Positions 1 to 9,771 of a stretch of DNA of 64,000 nucleotides are shown here, piece by piece; positions within the stretch are counted from its first letter, which is position 1, and each line of letters opens with the position of its first letter. This stretch comes from a virus. The position numbers and the translations under genes were made by a program. The notes under the pieces were generated by a model. It saw nothing but the letters and a program-made list of their open reading frames with translations, made no database searches and had not been told where the DNA came from. The stretch lies in IMG/VR virus record IMGVR_UViG_3300036800_000311, positions 32,001 through 96,000 of that record, one strand, 5' to 3'.

Positions 1-1
1 C

Positions 2-247
2 GGGACCCAGATGGATAACGTCAACGATATGGTCGCCAAGGGAAGGGGTCGCTTCCGGCAGTGCGATAACCGTCGTCGCGGGGCAGCAAACCACAATGCG
101 AAACTAACGACAGATCAGGTCGTAGAGATTCGTCGCCTATACGCTGGGCGTGGGATCACGCAGGCTCAACTCGCGGTCCAGTTCAATGTCTCCCGGGCGC
201 TGATCTGTTTTATCGTCACGCGACGCGCGTGGCGACACGTTCCATAG
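2..247 (+). CDS. HNH homing endonuclease, C-terminal part (5' truncated by window edge)
   Basis: GTQMDNVNDMVAKGR (end of HNH motif) followed by NAKLTTDQVVEIRR...TQAQLAVQFNVS HTH, the usual phage HNH+HTH layout. Confidence 0.8.
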   Translation, partial: GTQMDNVNDMVAKGRGRFRQCDNRRRGAANHNAKLTTDQVVEIRRLYAGRGITQAQLAVQFNVSRALICFIVTRRAWRHVP

Positions 248-307
248 TTCGTCGACCCTTCTCGAATCGGTCGGCCCTAGTAGTCCCCCTGAGAGGAAGT
301 GGAGTAG

Positions 308-808
308 ATGCCCAACCCATTCGCGGAGGAGCGGATCGAGCGGTACGTGTATCCGGCACCGCTCGACCCCGAGAACCCGCTCGACGACATGAGGATCGAC
401 GACGACGTGATGGACGAGTCCGAGGACGAGAGGCCCTGGTGCCGGATCAGGGTCCCGAACTCGAAGGGCCTGAACGACGACATCGCCCAGCTGACCCAGG
501 CGATCGTCACGACGGCCCTCGGCGGCAACGGCAACGGAGGCGCGGCCTTCCATCAGTCGACGGAGCAGCGCATCGCCCAGGGGAACCGGGGCGTCTTCGG
601 GCTCCTGATCGTGGAGTGGTCGTTCAGTAAGGACCCGACGGAGTCGGACTTCGGCCGGTTGAACATCGCGATGGGGGCGTGGGTCTCGGCCTGCCTCTCT
701 GACGCGATGGAGAAGGGCACGAGGGTCGAAAAAAAACCGAGGCGTACCTCCGGAAAGCCCGCCTCTGGGCGGAAAGGATCAGCACGCCGGGACAGCGAAT
801 CCGACTGA
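308..808 (+). CDS. Tail assembly chaperone (gpG-like)
   Basis: Immediately upstream of the tape measure; SD GGAG; slippery GAA AAA AAA C at 728-737. Confidence 0.8.
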   Translation: MPNPFAEERIERYVYPAPLDPENPLDDMRIDDDVMDESEDERPWCRIRVPNSKGLNDDIAQLTQAIVTTALGGNGNGGAAFHQSTEQRIAQGNRGVFGLLIVEWSFSKDPTESDFGRLNIAMGAWVSACLSDAMEKGTRVEKKPRRTSGKPASGRKGSARRDSESD

Positions 809-1011
809 GCGAGGACGCGACGCCGGACGAGCGGGAGATCGCTCGGTACTGGCGTGACTGGATCCTGATGCAGAAGCTCAGGTGCACCTATCAGGAGCTC
901 CGGGCGATCCCTGCGGTCCCCTTCTCCGTCTTCGAGGCGTTCATGCTCGGGGAGGAGGAGGCGATCCGCAAGCGGGCCGACTCGTCACCGCGCAGTCCGA
1001 TCCCGCAGTAG
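736..1011 (+). CDS. Tail assembly chaperone frameshift extension (gpGT-like, -1 frame)
   Basis: Open -1 frame after the A8 run: TEAYLRKARLWAERI...WILMQKLRCTYQELRAIP...SPIPQ*, ending 21 nt before the tape measure start; absent from the ORF track. Confidence 0.8.
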   Translation, partial: TEAYLRKARLWAERISTPGQRIRLSEDATPDEREIARYWRDWILMQKLRCTYQELRAIPAVPFSVFEAFMLGEEEAIRKRADSSPRSPIPQ

Positions 1012-1032
1012 TTCGAGGGGAGGTGAGGTCGA

Positions 1033-4000
1033 GTGCCCAACGAGGACATGCTGACGTACATGATCACGGCGCACGACCTCGCGACGCCGATCTTCCGGGC
1101 GTTCACGGGCGAGGTCAACGCGATGACCCGCCAGGTCCAGACGTCGCTCGCGGAGCTCAATCGGGCGCTCAAGGCCCAGCAGCTGGAGATGGACAAGATG
1201 GCCGCCTCATCGCGGACGATGGCGGCCGAGACGTCGAAGTCGACGGTGGCGATGGACTCCGCGGCGGCGAGCGCGGGAGGCCTCGGCTCGAAGGAGCGGG
1301 ACCTACAGGCCGCCCAGGTCGCCGCCACGGCCTCGTCCGCGAAGCACAAGGAGGCGCTCGTCCAGGACACCGCCGCGATGGCTGGGGCGGGGTCCGGATC
1401 GCAGAAGCTCGGCCGGGACGTCAAGGGCGCGACGACGGAGATCGAGAAGCACAAGAAGGGCATCCAGGAGGCGGGGTACGCGCTCTCCGGGTACTCGGGT
1501 CAGCTCGGGCCGTTCGGCCGGAGCCTCGACACAGCCGCGAAGCACGCGCAGCTCTTCCGGTCGCAGGGGATCGACTACGTCGCGGCGGGGATGGTCGGCC
1601 TCGGGGCGACGTTCGCCGTGGAGTCGGTAAAGGCCGCGTCGATGTTCGACAAGCTCGGCGCGTCGATCCAGCAGCAGGCGGGCGTCTCCGCGAAGGAGGC
1701 CGGTCGCCTCGTCGACGTCGTGAAGCAGGTCGCGACGCAGTCTCCCGCGGCGTACAAGGAGATCGCCGCGGCGGTCAGCACCCAGTACAAGCTCCTGCAC
1801 GAGAACTCCGCGCAGATCCAGCAGAACTCCGACCTCTTCCTCGCGTTCGCGGACAAGGCCGGGAGGCAGGTCACCCCTTCGATCGTCGCGCTGAACCAGG
1901 CGATGAGGCTCTTCCACCCGACGGGCATGTCGATCGTCGACATGATGGATCAGCTGACGAACCTCGCGCAGCATACACAGCAGCCGCTGGGCGACTACCT
2001 CGGGATCCTGCAGAAGTACGGCCCGTCGCTCCAGGCGATGGGGCTCTCGTTCCAGCAGACGATCGGCCTCTTCGACGCCTTCGGCAAGGCGGGCATCTCA
2101 ATGACCGCGGTGGGCCGGGGCCTGACGACCGCGATGTCGAAGGCTGCGACGGAGATCAAGACCGCGAACGCGGCTGCCGCGGGTGGTCCCGCGAAACTCC
2201 AGGCGTACGGCCTCGCGGTCGACTCCGCGCAAATCCGCGTGAATACCCTCAGCGGCCAGCTCGCGTCGGGGAAGGGCAACCAGCAGAAACTCAACGACGA
2301 GATGCAGGTCGCCCAGGGACGACTCGACGCCGCGAAGCAGAAGTACGACGCCCTCAACACGGTCCTGCACCACAACGCCAACGCGCACCTCACCGTGACG
2401 CAGGTCGTCGGCAAGGAGATGGCGGCGATCGAGAGCGCGAAGACGAAGCAGGACGCGCTGAACCTCTCCATCGCGGCCTTCGGCGGGAACATGGGCGCGA
2501 AGATGGCGGACGCCCTCTGGCACAACAAGGCGGCGCTCGACGGGATGAACAAGTCCCTCGGGGACGCGAAGGGCAAGACCGACGACCTCGCGAAGGCCCA
2601 GCGCGACACGCTCTCGGGGCAGCTGGCGATCGTCGGGCACGACTTCACGAACATCGCCGGGACGGTCGGCAAGGACCTCCTCCCGGTCCTGAAAGACGCC
2701 GCGCACGTCCTCGGCAGCATCGCGACGGGGATCTCGCAGTTCTCCTCCGGCTCGACGAAGGGACTATCCGAGGTCCTCATGGCCCTCGGGGTCGGCGGCG
2801 GCGCGCTGACCCTCGCCGCCCGCCACACGCCCCTCGGCGCGCTGACCTCGAGGCTGCCAGGTCCGCTCGGTGACATCCTCTCCCGCCAGAAGGACCAGAA
2901 GTCCGGCAGCCCGCTCGGCGGAGGGCCACTCGCGGAGGCGACCGGCGGCATCTGGGGGTTCACGGGCACTCAGCTCCGTGTCGGCTCGGAGGCGAACCCG
3001 ATCGCGGTCATGATGGCGGGCGGTCTCGCGCCCGGAGCGGCCGGGGCGGGCGAGACCCTCGCCACGAGGGAGAGCCCAGCGGCGCTCGGGGCCGCGACCG
3101 CCGAGGCGGGCGCAGCTGGCGCAGCGGTCACCGGGGACGCGGCGCTGACCGCACGCGGCGGGTCGATCCTCGCGGCGGCGAACGCCGAGCGGGCCGCGGT
3201 TGCCGCCGCCGCCGCCGCCACCGCCGCCGCGTCCACCTCTACCACCACCGCCAGTCTCCTCGCGAAGGTCGGCGGTGCCAGCGCGGGCAGGCTCGCGGGC
3301 GCCTTGGGTGCCGAGGGCCTGTTCCTCGGTAACGCCGTGTTCGGGTCCGGCGGCGGCGGCGGGCCGAGGGGAATGGCCGCTCAGGGCCTGTCGGGCCTGA
3401 CGACGGGACTGGTCTCTCCGGGAGCCATCCGCGGCGTGACCGACTCGATCAACAGCCTGGGCGGGGACATCCTCAAGCAGATCCCCCTGATCGGCGGTCC
3501 CCTAAACAACCTGCTGAACGTGTTCGGTGGGTCGTCCGGGCCGGATCCCGTCGCCAAGATGAAGCAGCTCGACGCGCAGATCCAGGCGGCGGCGTCCAGC
3601 GGGAACGTCTCGAAACTCCAGGAGCTCGGGCGGAAGGCGACGGAGATGGGCGCGGCGTTCACGAGCTCGGGCAGCAGCGCGGGCGCGTCTTTCACGGCCC
3701 TCGGGCAGAGGGTCCAGGTCGTGGCCGCGAACGCGAGCAACGCCCTCTCGGGTCCGCTGCAGACCGCGCTCACCCGCGTCGCTCAGTACGGGTTCCCGGC
3801 CGTCACGAAGGCGATGAACGACACGTCCCTGACGGTAGACCAGCGGTCGGCCTCGATCGTTGCCTCCCTGACGAACATCGCCGATCACGGCACCGGTCCG
3901 ATGGCGAAGAACGCGAAGACGGCGCTGGATCAGCTTCGGGCGTCCGTAGGGTCGGACCTCCAGGCCATGGCGTCCCAGACGACGACGAGCATGGGACAGA

Positions 4001-7000
4001 TGAAGGTCCAGATCCAGGACGGCTCCGCGACGGCCAGGAGCGCTGGTACCCAGAACTTCAACGCGTTCGCGAAGGCCGTCCAGAGCGCCATGGCCGCGGG
4101 CACGTACTCGACGGCAGCGGGCGCCCAGATGATCTCGAACACCCTGGTGTCGACCCTCAAGGCGTTCGGCGCGAGCGGCTCGACCATCTCGACCGCGAAG
4201 GTCCTCGCGTCGATCAATCCCTCGCAGGCTCAGAACCTGCTCGCCGAGGCGAGCGCCGGGGTGACCGCCGGGGGCCTGGCGTCTCCCCACGCGACCGGCG
4301 GGCGCGTCCCTGGTCCCGTCGGCGGGGACTCCTGGAAGCTCATCGATCCGTCCGGTCGTCACGCGGCCATGGTCGGCGGCGGAGAGCTCCTCATCGGCAA
4401 CCGCCACACCGAGGCGAAGGTGAACACCCTCCTCTCGCCCTACGGGACGACGCTGGGGGCGATGGTCGCCGGAGAGACGACCCCTCACTCCGCCCCGGGC
4501 CGCTACGCCACGGGAGGGCGCGTGGCGGGTCAGTCGCTGAGGTCCCTCGACCACGTCTTCGCGGCCAACGGCGGACAGACGCTTCCGCCGACGGTCATCG
4601 CCGCCATCGCCGAGGCCGCGGGGCTGCCGGGCATCACGTTCTCGCAGATCGCCCAGGGGGAGTCCTCCGACCAGCCAGGGGCGGTCCAGAAGGGCCAGCC
4701 GTACGGCACGACGGGCTGGGGGCTGTGGCAGATCACCCCCGGCAACTCGGTCGCGTCGGTCGGCGTCGACAACGCCCTGTTGGATCCGATCACGAACGCT
4801 CGCGCCGCGAAGGTGAAGTATGACTCGCAGGGTATGGGCGCATGGTTCGGAACGAAGTACTGGGATCACACGATCCGCCACTGGACCGGTCAGAGCCTCG
4901 GGGGCATCGCCGGAGTTGGGGCTGGCGCGGGCGGAGGGATGTCCGTCCCGTCCGTCCCGACCCCGAGGGTCGTCGGCGGCGGCATGGTCGGCGCCATCGC
5001 CCAGGCCGCGCTGTCGAAGATCGCCGGGGCCGCGAACGCTAGGCTGAGCTCGCTCGCGTCCGTCGCGGGCGGAGCGGGGGGCCTCGGCGGCGGCGTCAAC
5101 TTCCTCCCGGGCGGCGGTCGATCCGAGACGATCCCCCACGGGGCCTCGCCGGGCCTCAGCGCGATGATCTCCGAGGCGAACGCCATCGCCAGTCACCACT
5201 ATAACTACGAGTGGGGAGGCGGGCACTCCTCGATCGGCGTCCCGACGCACGGCGTCCCAGGCGGACCCTCGGGGCCGGGGATCGGGTTTGACTGCTCGGG
5301 CGCGGTCTCGGCCGTCCTCCACTCCGCCGGACTACTGAACTCTCCGATGGTCGCCTCGAACTTCATGACCTGGGGCCTTCCCGGTCCCGGGAAGTCGGTC
5401 AACATCTTCGCCGATCCGTCCCACACGTTCATGGAGCTCGCGGGGCACTACTTCGGCACGAGCGGGCAGAACCCCGGCGGCGGCGCGAACTGGATCCCCT
5501 CCTTCCCGGGGAACATCGGCGGTCCTCGGCACCCGCCCGGGTACGCGACCGGCGGCTACGTCGTCGACCAGACCCAGTTCGCGCCCGGCAAGCATCCCAT
5601 CAGGGGACTCCTGCCGGGCCTCTCCAGCGGCGGTCGCGTCGGCTACGCCGGGGCCTTCGGGACCGGCGGGACCTTCACGGCCACGAGGCCGACGCTCGCG
5701 CTCTTCGGCGACAACGGCGCGGAGACCGTCCACGCCATCCCCCACGCGACGGCTGGCGCGGCCTTCGCGTCGGACCTGGTCGCTCCGTCGTCGTACGCGC
5801 CGCCCGCGAGCACGAGGAAGCCCAAGACGACCCACGAGAGCACCCGCATCAGTCCCCTCACCGGGAAGGTCGAGACCCACACCGCCGCGGAGTGGCTCCA
5901 GATCGAACTTGAGGCCAGGAGGCAGCACAAGAACCTCGCGACGGCGAAGGCGAGGCACACCGCCTACGAGGAGCACGTCGTCCAGGATCCACTCAGGGTC
6001 GGGAGTCTGACCGCCGGATCTCTGGACCTCACGCGCAGGGCCGCCGGGAAGGAGCACCTCCCGTCGGGCGGTCCGATCTCGCTCCTGGAGGACTTCTCGA
6101 AGTTGCTGGGGTCGACGTTCAAGAAGATCGAGTCCGCGCTGAAGTCCGGCCTCGCGTCGGACTCGACGATGCAGTCGCTGAAGCTGGCGAACTCCCTCGC
6201 CCAGGGCATCGCTAGGCACCACCTCAAGGCGACGTCGCGGAACGCCCAGCTGGAGAACATCATCATCGGCGCGGCGGAGAAGAGCGTGACGGGGGACTTC
6301 ACGGCGCAGCAGTCCGCGCAGACCCACAGCCAGTCGATTCTCTCGCTGATCGCCGCCGCGCCGCCCGGGTCGACGGCGAAGAGCCTCGGGCTCTCGTCCG
6401 CTCAGCTGAGGGCTTCGGGACTCTCGGCCGCGCAGATCCGGGCGCTCTCGAACCCCGCGACCGGACCGGCGGCGATGGCCGCCGCGACGGTGAAGCTGAG
6501 CCAGAACGCGATCAAGGACTACCAGGGCGACGCTCAGCACCTGGAGTCGCTCTACAAGGACGCGCTGAAGACCCACAACAAGAAGCTCCAGGCGTCGCTC
6601 CTGTCGCAGCTCGACGCGGTCACCCAGGCCCAGCTGAAGGCGCAGGGTGATCTCCAGACGGCGATGGTCGCGATGGTCGACGCGACGGTGAAGCAGTTCA
6701 CGGACGCGGCGGCGACGCAGGCGGGGGCCGCGTCGATCCTCGCGACGATCCAGGGCCTCGCGCCCGGGACGAGCCTCGCGGGACTTGGCCTCTCCCCGAC
6801 CGTCCTCGCCCAGCTCGGCGTCAGCTCGACGCAGGCCTCCGGGCTGGAGGGATCGGACCTCGGGTACCTCCAGACGCTGATGACGGCGCAGGGCGGGACG
6901 CTCACGGCCGCCCAGCTCGCGTCCGCTCAGGCTGGGGTCGGCGCGCAGAACACCGCGCTCGGCGCCCAGCGCGCGACGGACATCGCGGGGGTCAACGCGC

Positions 7001-7281
7001 TGGAGGCGCAGATACCGACGCTCACGGGCGCCGCGCTCACGGACGCGCAGACCCAGCTCGGGACGCTGGTCAACGCGATCCTCGCCCTGACCGGCCAGAT
7101 CAACACGAACAACACCAGCCTCGCGACGCTGACGACCTCCGTGAACGCCAACACGACGGCGACGACGAGCAGCACGGGCGCGATGACGGGGTCCGTCGGA
7201 TTCTCCTATCAGTCTCAGAACTACGTCGCGGGAGGCTCAATGACCTCGGACACACCGTCGAGCATCGCCGTGGGGATGTAG
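1033..7281 (+). CDS. Tape measure protein with lytic transglycosylase and NlpC/P60 domains
   Basis: 2082 aa, Ala/Gly-rich helical; IAQGESS..GLWQI..LLDPITNARAA (SLT, ~4585-4880); YEWGGGH..FDCSGAVS..HTFM (NlpC/P60, ~5160-5540); repeated (H/Y)ATGG motifs. Confidence 0.93.
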   Translation: MPNEDMLTYMITAHDLATPIFRAFTGEVNAMTRQVQTSLAELNRALKAQQLEMDKMAASSRTMAAETSKSTVAMDSAAASAGGLGSKERDLQAAQVAATASSAKHKEALVQDTAAMAGAGSGSQKLGRDVKGATTEIEKHKKGIQEAGYALSGYSGQLGPFGRSLDTAAKHAQLFRSQGIDYVAAGMVGLGATFAVESVKAASMFDKLGASIQQQAGVSAKEAGRLVDVVKQVATQSPAAYKEIAAAVSTQYKLLHENSAQIQQNSDLFLAFADKAGRQVTPSIVALNQAMRLFHPTGMSIVDMMDQLTNLAQHTQQPLGDYLGILQKYGPSLQAMGLSFQQTIGLFDAFGKAGISMTAVGRGLTTAMSKAATEIKTANAAAAGGPAKLQAYGLAVDSAQIRVNTLSGQLASGKGNQQKLNDEMQVAQGRLDAAKQKYDALNTVLHHNANAHLTVTQVVGKEMAAIESAKTKQDALNLSIAAFGGNMGAKMADALWHNKAALDGMNKSLGDAKGKTDDLAKAQRDTLSGQLAIVGHDFTNIAGTVGKDLLPVLKDAAHVLGSIATGISQFSSGSTKGLSEVLMALGVGGGALTLAARHTPLGALTSRLPGPLGDILSRQKDQKSGSPLGGGPLAEATGGIWGFTGTQLRVGSEANPIAVMMAGGLAPGAAGAGETLATRESPAALGAATAEAGAAGAAVTGDAALTARGGSILAAANAERAAVAAAAAATAAASTSTTTASLLAKVGGASAGRLAGALGAEGLFLGNAVFGSGGGGGPRGMAAQGLSGLTTGLVSPGAIRGVTDSINSLGGDILKQIPLIGGPLNNLLNVFGGSSGPDPVAKMKQLDAQIQAAASSGNVSKLQELGRKATEMGAAFTSSGSSAGASFTALGQRVQVVAANASNALSGPLQTALTRVAQYGFPAVTKAMNDTSLTVDQRSASIVASLTNIADHGTGPMAKNAKTALDQLRASVGSDLQAMASQTTTSMGQMKVQIQDGSATARSAGTQNFNAFAKAVQSAMAAGTYSTAAGAQMISNTLVSTLKAFGASGSTISTAKVLASINPSQAQNLLAEASAGVTAGGLASPHATGGRVPGPVGGDSWKLIDPSGRHAAMVGGGELLIGNRHTEAKVNTLLSPYGTTLGAMVAGETTPHSAPGRYATGGRVAGQSLRSLDHVFAANGGQTLPPTVIAAIAEAAGLPGITFSQIAQGESSDQPGAVQKGQPYGTTGWGLWQITPGNSVASVGVDNALLDPITNARAAKVKYDSQGMGAWFGTKYWDHTIRHWTGQSLGGIAGVGAGAGGGMSVPSVPTPRVVGGGMVGAIAQAALSKIAGAANARLSSLASVAGGAGGLGGGVNFLPGGGRSETIPHGASPGLSAMISEANAIASHHYNYEWGGGHSSIGVPTHGVPGGPSGPGIGFDCSGAVSAVLHSAGLLNSPMVASNFMTWGLPGPGKSVNIFADPSHTFMELAGHYFGTSGQNPGGGANWIPSFPGNIGGPRHPPGYATGGYVVDQTQFAPGKHPIRGLLPGLSSGGRVGYAGAFGTGGTFTATRPTLALFGDNGAETVHAIPHATAGAAFASDLVAPSSYAPPASTRKPKTTHESTRISPLTGKVETHTAAEWLQIELEARRQHKNLATAKARHTAYEEHVVQDPLRVGSLTAGSLDLTRRAAGKEHLPSGGPISLLEDFSKLLGSTFKKIESALKSGLASDSTMQSLKLANSLAQGIARHHLKATSRNAQLENIIIGAAEKSVTGDFTAQQSAQTHSQSILSLIAAAPPGSTAKSLGLSSAQLRASGLSAAQIRALSNPATGPAAMAAATVKLSQNAIKDYQGDAQHLESLYKDALKTHNKKLQASLLSQLDAVTQAQLKAQGDLQTAMVAMVDATVKQFTDAAATQAGAASILATIQGLAPGTSLAGLGLSPTVLAQLGVSSTQASGLEGSDLGYLQTLMTAQGGTLTAAQLASAQAGVGAQNTALGAQRATDIAGVNALEAQIPTLTGAALTDAQTQLGTLVNAILALTGQINTNNTSLATLTTSVNANTTATTSSTGAMTGSVGFSYQSQNYVAGGSMTSDTPSSIAVGM

Positions 7282-7284
7282 CCC

Positions 7285-9771
7285 GTGTCGCAGATGCTCA
7301 TCGGTCGCCTCGCGATCGCCCCTCCGCTCCAGTGGAACGAGCAGATGGGCGATCCGATGACGAACCTCGGCGGCTCCCCGATCCCCGCGCCGCGGGCCGC
7401 GGTCCGCCACGCCGTCTCGATCGCGACGCTCGCGCCCGACGGGGCGACGGACACCGTCGCGGCGCGTCTCGTCATCCGGCGGCAGATACGGTCGATGCTG
7501 AACAACACGCCGCTCAAGCTCCAGGCCTACATCTACCTCCAGTACGCCGACGACCCGGAGCAGAACGGCTGGTACCTGCCGGACATGGGCCAGCTCGCGG
7601 ACGGGGACGCCTCCGCCGGGCTCTCGACGGGATTCTGGAAGGTCGAGAACTTCGTCTGGTACCTGGCGGGCACGCGCTGGACGAACCGCGAGGCCAGGAA
7701 CGTCTGGCTCAAGGACCTCCGTACGGGCCTCTACGCCCGCGACACGATGCGCTGGGTCTACTCGACGGACTTCTCCGCGCTCCCGGCCCTCGCGCTAACC
7801 ATCTTTCCCTCCGGGGCGACGTCGATCTCGAACACCGTCAACGGCCAGGAGGTGCTGGTGACGGCGCTCCCCGTCGGCCGCGACGGCGGGCAGGCGCAGG
7901 TGGCGTCGGGACTCGTCGACCTCGCGTGCTGCGCGTACGAGCGGGTCGAGGCGAGCCTGAACCTCTCCGACGTGATCGTCTACGACCGCCAGGGCGCGAA
8001 CATGCTCGCGAACGCCCTCGCGACGAGCGGCTCGGTCGCGGACTGGACGAACAACCCCAACAACGCGGCGGCGACGCTCTCCTGGGTCACGACGGCCCCG
8101 CTGAACATCGGGACCGGGGAGATGCAGGTGGTCACGAGCGGCTCGCTCGCGAGTCAGGGCGCGGGCGCCAGCGTAGGGATGGTCTCGGCCGGGACGTACA
8201 CGTTCAGCGCCTACCTCCGGGGGAACGCGGGGGGCGAGTCCGTGGTCGTCAACTTCTCGATCCCGGGCACCGTGGGTGGCTCGACCACCGCTACGTTGAC
8301 CACCGCCTGGCAGAGGTTCTCGTTCACCGTGACCATCACGGCCGCGCAGGCCGCCATAGGCCCCCTGATAGCCGCCGTCTTCACGAACGGATCGCACGCC
8401 TACACGTTCTTCGTCAACGCCGCGCAGGTGACCGCCACTAGCAGCGTCACCGCGTTCGCGGACGCCGCCCCGGCCGTCGGACCGGATCCGGCCTGGGCGG
8501 AGGTCTACGGCCCGTCGTGGCCGTGGAGCTGGATGGAGTTCGGAGCCGCGAACGACTGCCCCGTCCTTGAGAACGGCCTCTGCCGCGTCCGCTACGACGG
8601 CACGAACACCCCCGGCTTCCGGATCGACGTGTGGAACAGCACGGCGTACGTCGAGCAGGGCAAGGTGCTCGTCTACCGTAACGGCGACGTCTCGGGCTAC
8701 TGCAACACCTTCGTGTCCGCGACGCTCCACACCGACTCGGGATGGACGCCGGATCGCGTCGTCGTCGCCGTGACGCTCGCGAACTCCGCGGACTCCTCTA
8801 GCCGCGAGCGCGTCTTCATCACGATGCAGCGTGGCCAGGCGGGCGCGACGTTCGAGATATACCCGGCGCTGAGGGCCGCCGCGACCAACGCCGACTGCAT
8901 CCTCATATGGGAGCCAGCCCCGACCGACGTCAACGTCTCGGTGTGCAAGATCGACTCCCAGGCTCAGCCTCCCGCCGTGGGCTCTGGGGTCATAGTCGCG
9001 ACGGCCGGTTCTGGCTCGTCGCTCTGGGCCGGGGGTGCTGTCGGAGTAGGTAACTTCACCGCCTCGGAGAACGACATCGCCATGCTGAGATGCTCGGCGA
9101 CGGCAACGCTACGTCCGTACCAGGTAAACCTGGCGGTCGTCCAGGCGGCGAACGCTTGGTCCTACGCGACCAACGAGGCGTCGGCGTACGGGCCTACGAA
9201 TAACTGTCTCCAGGTGCTGTCCCAGAACTCCGCTGGATACGTCAGCGTCGACATCTCCTTCGCGCCGACGGCCTCCGATCAGGTCAACGAGGCGGAGAGC
9301 ATCCGCAACGTCTCGGGGACGACCTCGCAGGTGGCGGACGCGACCGCCTCCGGCGGACAGTGCGTCAAGGACACGCAGACGGCCGCGACCAACCTTACGC
9401 TCACGAAGAGCGTCACGACCCTCCTCCAGGGGAAGTATCGGGTCTTCGCTCGGGTCAAGGTCGACTCGGGGGCGACGGGTACCTTCCTGGCTATCATCCC
9501 CGGAGTCGCTTCGGGAACGAACGTCACCTCTACCTCCACCACCTGGGCCTGGATCGACCTCGGGGAGCTGCTCACCACCTCTCTCCTCGAGGGGTTCGCG
9601 CTCTGGGCCTGGCGATCATCCCCAGGGACCGGCGCGGTGTACGTTGATCGCGTGGAGCTGTTCCTGCTCGAGGATCGGACCTCCACCACCAAGCGGTACG
9701 GCGGCATGCGGGACCTCGGGCAGTCCGTCCTCTACGACAGCAGGCAGACCGGGGCGGTCGTCGCGCGATGA
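7285..9771 (+). CDS. Minor tail protein with two carbohydrate-binding-module-like domains
   Basis: Follows tape measure; GTYTFSAYLRG..TTAWQRFSFT (CBM4/9-like) and NEAES..ADATASGGQ..YRVFARVK..YVDRVEL (CBM6/35-like). Confidence 0.75.
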   Translation: MSQMLIGRLAIAPPLQWNEQMGDPMTNLGGSPIPAPRAAVRHAVSIATLAPDGATDTVAARLVIRRQIRSMLNNTPLKLQAYIYLQYADDPEQNGWYLPDMGQLADGDASAGLSTGFWKVENFVWYLAGTRWTNREARNVWLKDLRTGLYARDTMRWVYSTDFSALPALALTIFPSGATSISNTVNGQEVLVTALPVGRDGGQAQVASGLVDLACCAYERVEASLNLSDVIVYDRQGANMLANALATSGSVADWTNNPNNAAATLSWVTTAPLNIGTGEMQVVTSGSLASQGAGASVGMVSAGTYTFSAYLRGNAGGESVVVNFSIPGTVGGSTTATLTTAWQRFSFTVTITAAQAAIGPLIAAVFTNGSHAYTFFVNAAQVTATSSVTAFADAAPAVGPDPAWAEVYGPSWPWSWMEFGAANDCPVLENGLCRVRYDGTNTPGFRIDVWNSTAYVEQGKVLVYRNGDVSGYCNTFVSATLHTDSGWTPDRVVVAVTLANSADSSSRERVFITMQRGQAGATFEIYPALRAAATNADCILIWEPAPTDVNVSVCKIDSQAQPPAVGSGVIVATAGSGSSLWAGGAVGVGNFTASENDIAMLRCSATATLRPYQVNLAVVQAANAWSYATNEASAYGPTNNCLQVLSQNSAGYVSVDISFAPTASDQVNEAESIRNVSGTTSQVADATASGGQCVKDTQTAATNLTLTKSVTTLLQGKYRVFARVKVDSGATGTFLAIIPGVASGTNVTSTSTTWAWIDLGELLTTSLLEGFALWAWRSSPGTGAVYVDRVELFLLEDRTSTTKRYGGMRDLGQSVLYDSRQTGAVVAR

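Noticed and set aside
3190-3255. GCC/ACC trinucleotide run
   Set aside because: Ala/Thr low-complexity linker in the tape measure
882-6576. Long alternative-frame and antisense ORFs (e.g. 882-2873, 3502-5322, 5332-6576) and similar ones across the window
   Set aside because: Arg/Pro/Gly-rich shadow ORFs expected from GC3 bias over real genes; no motifs
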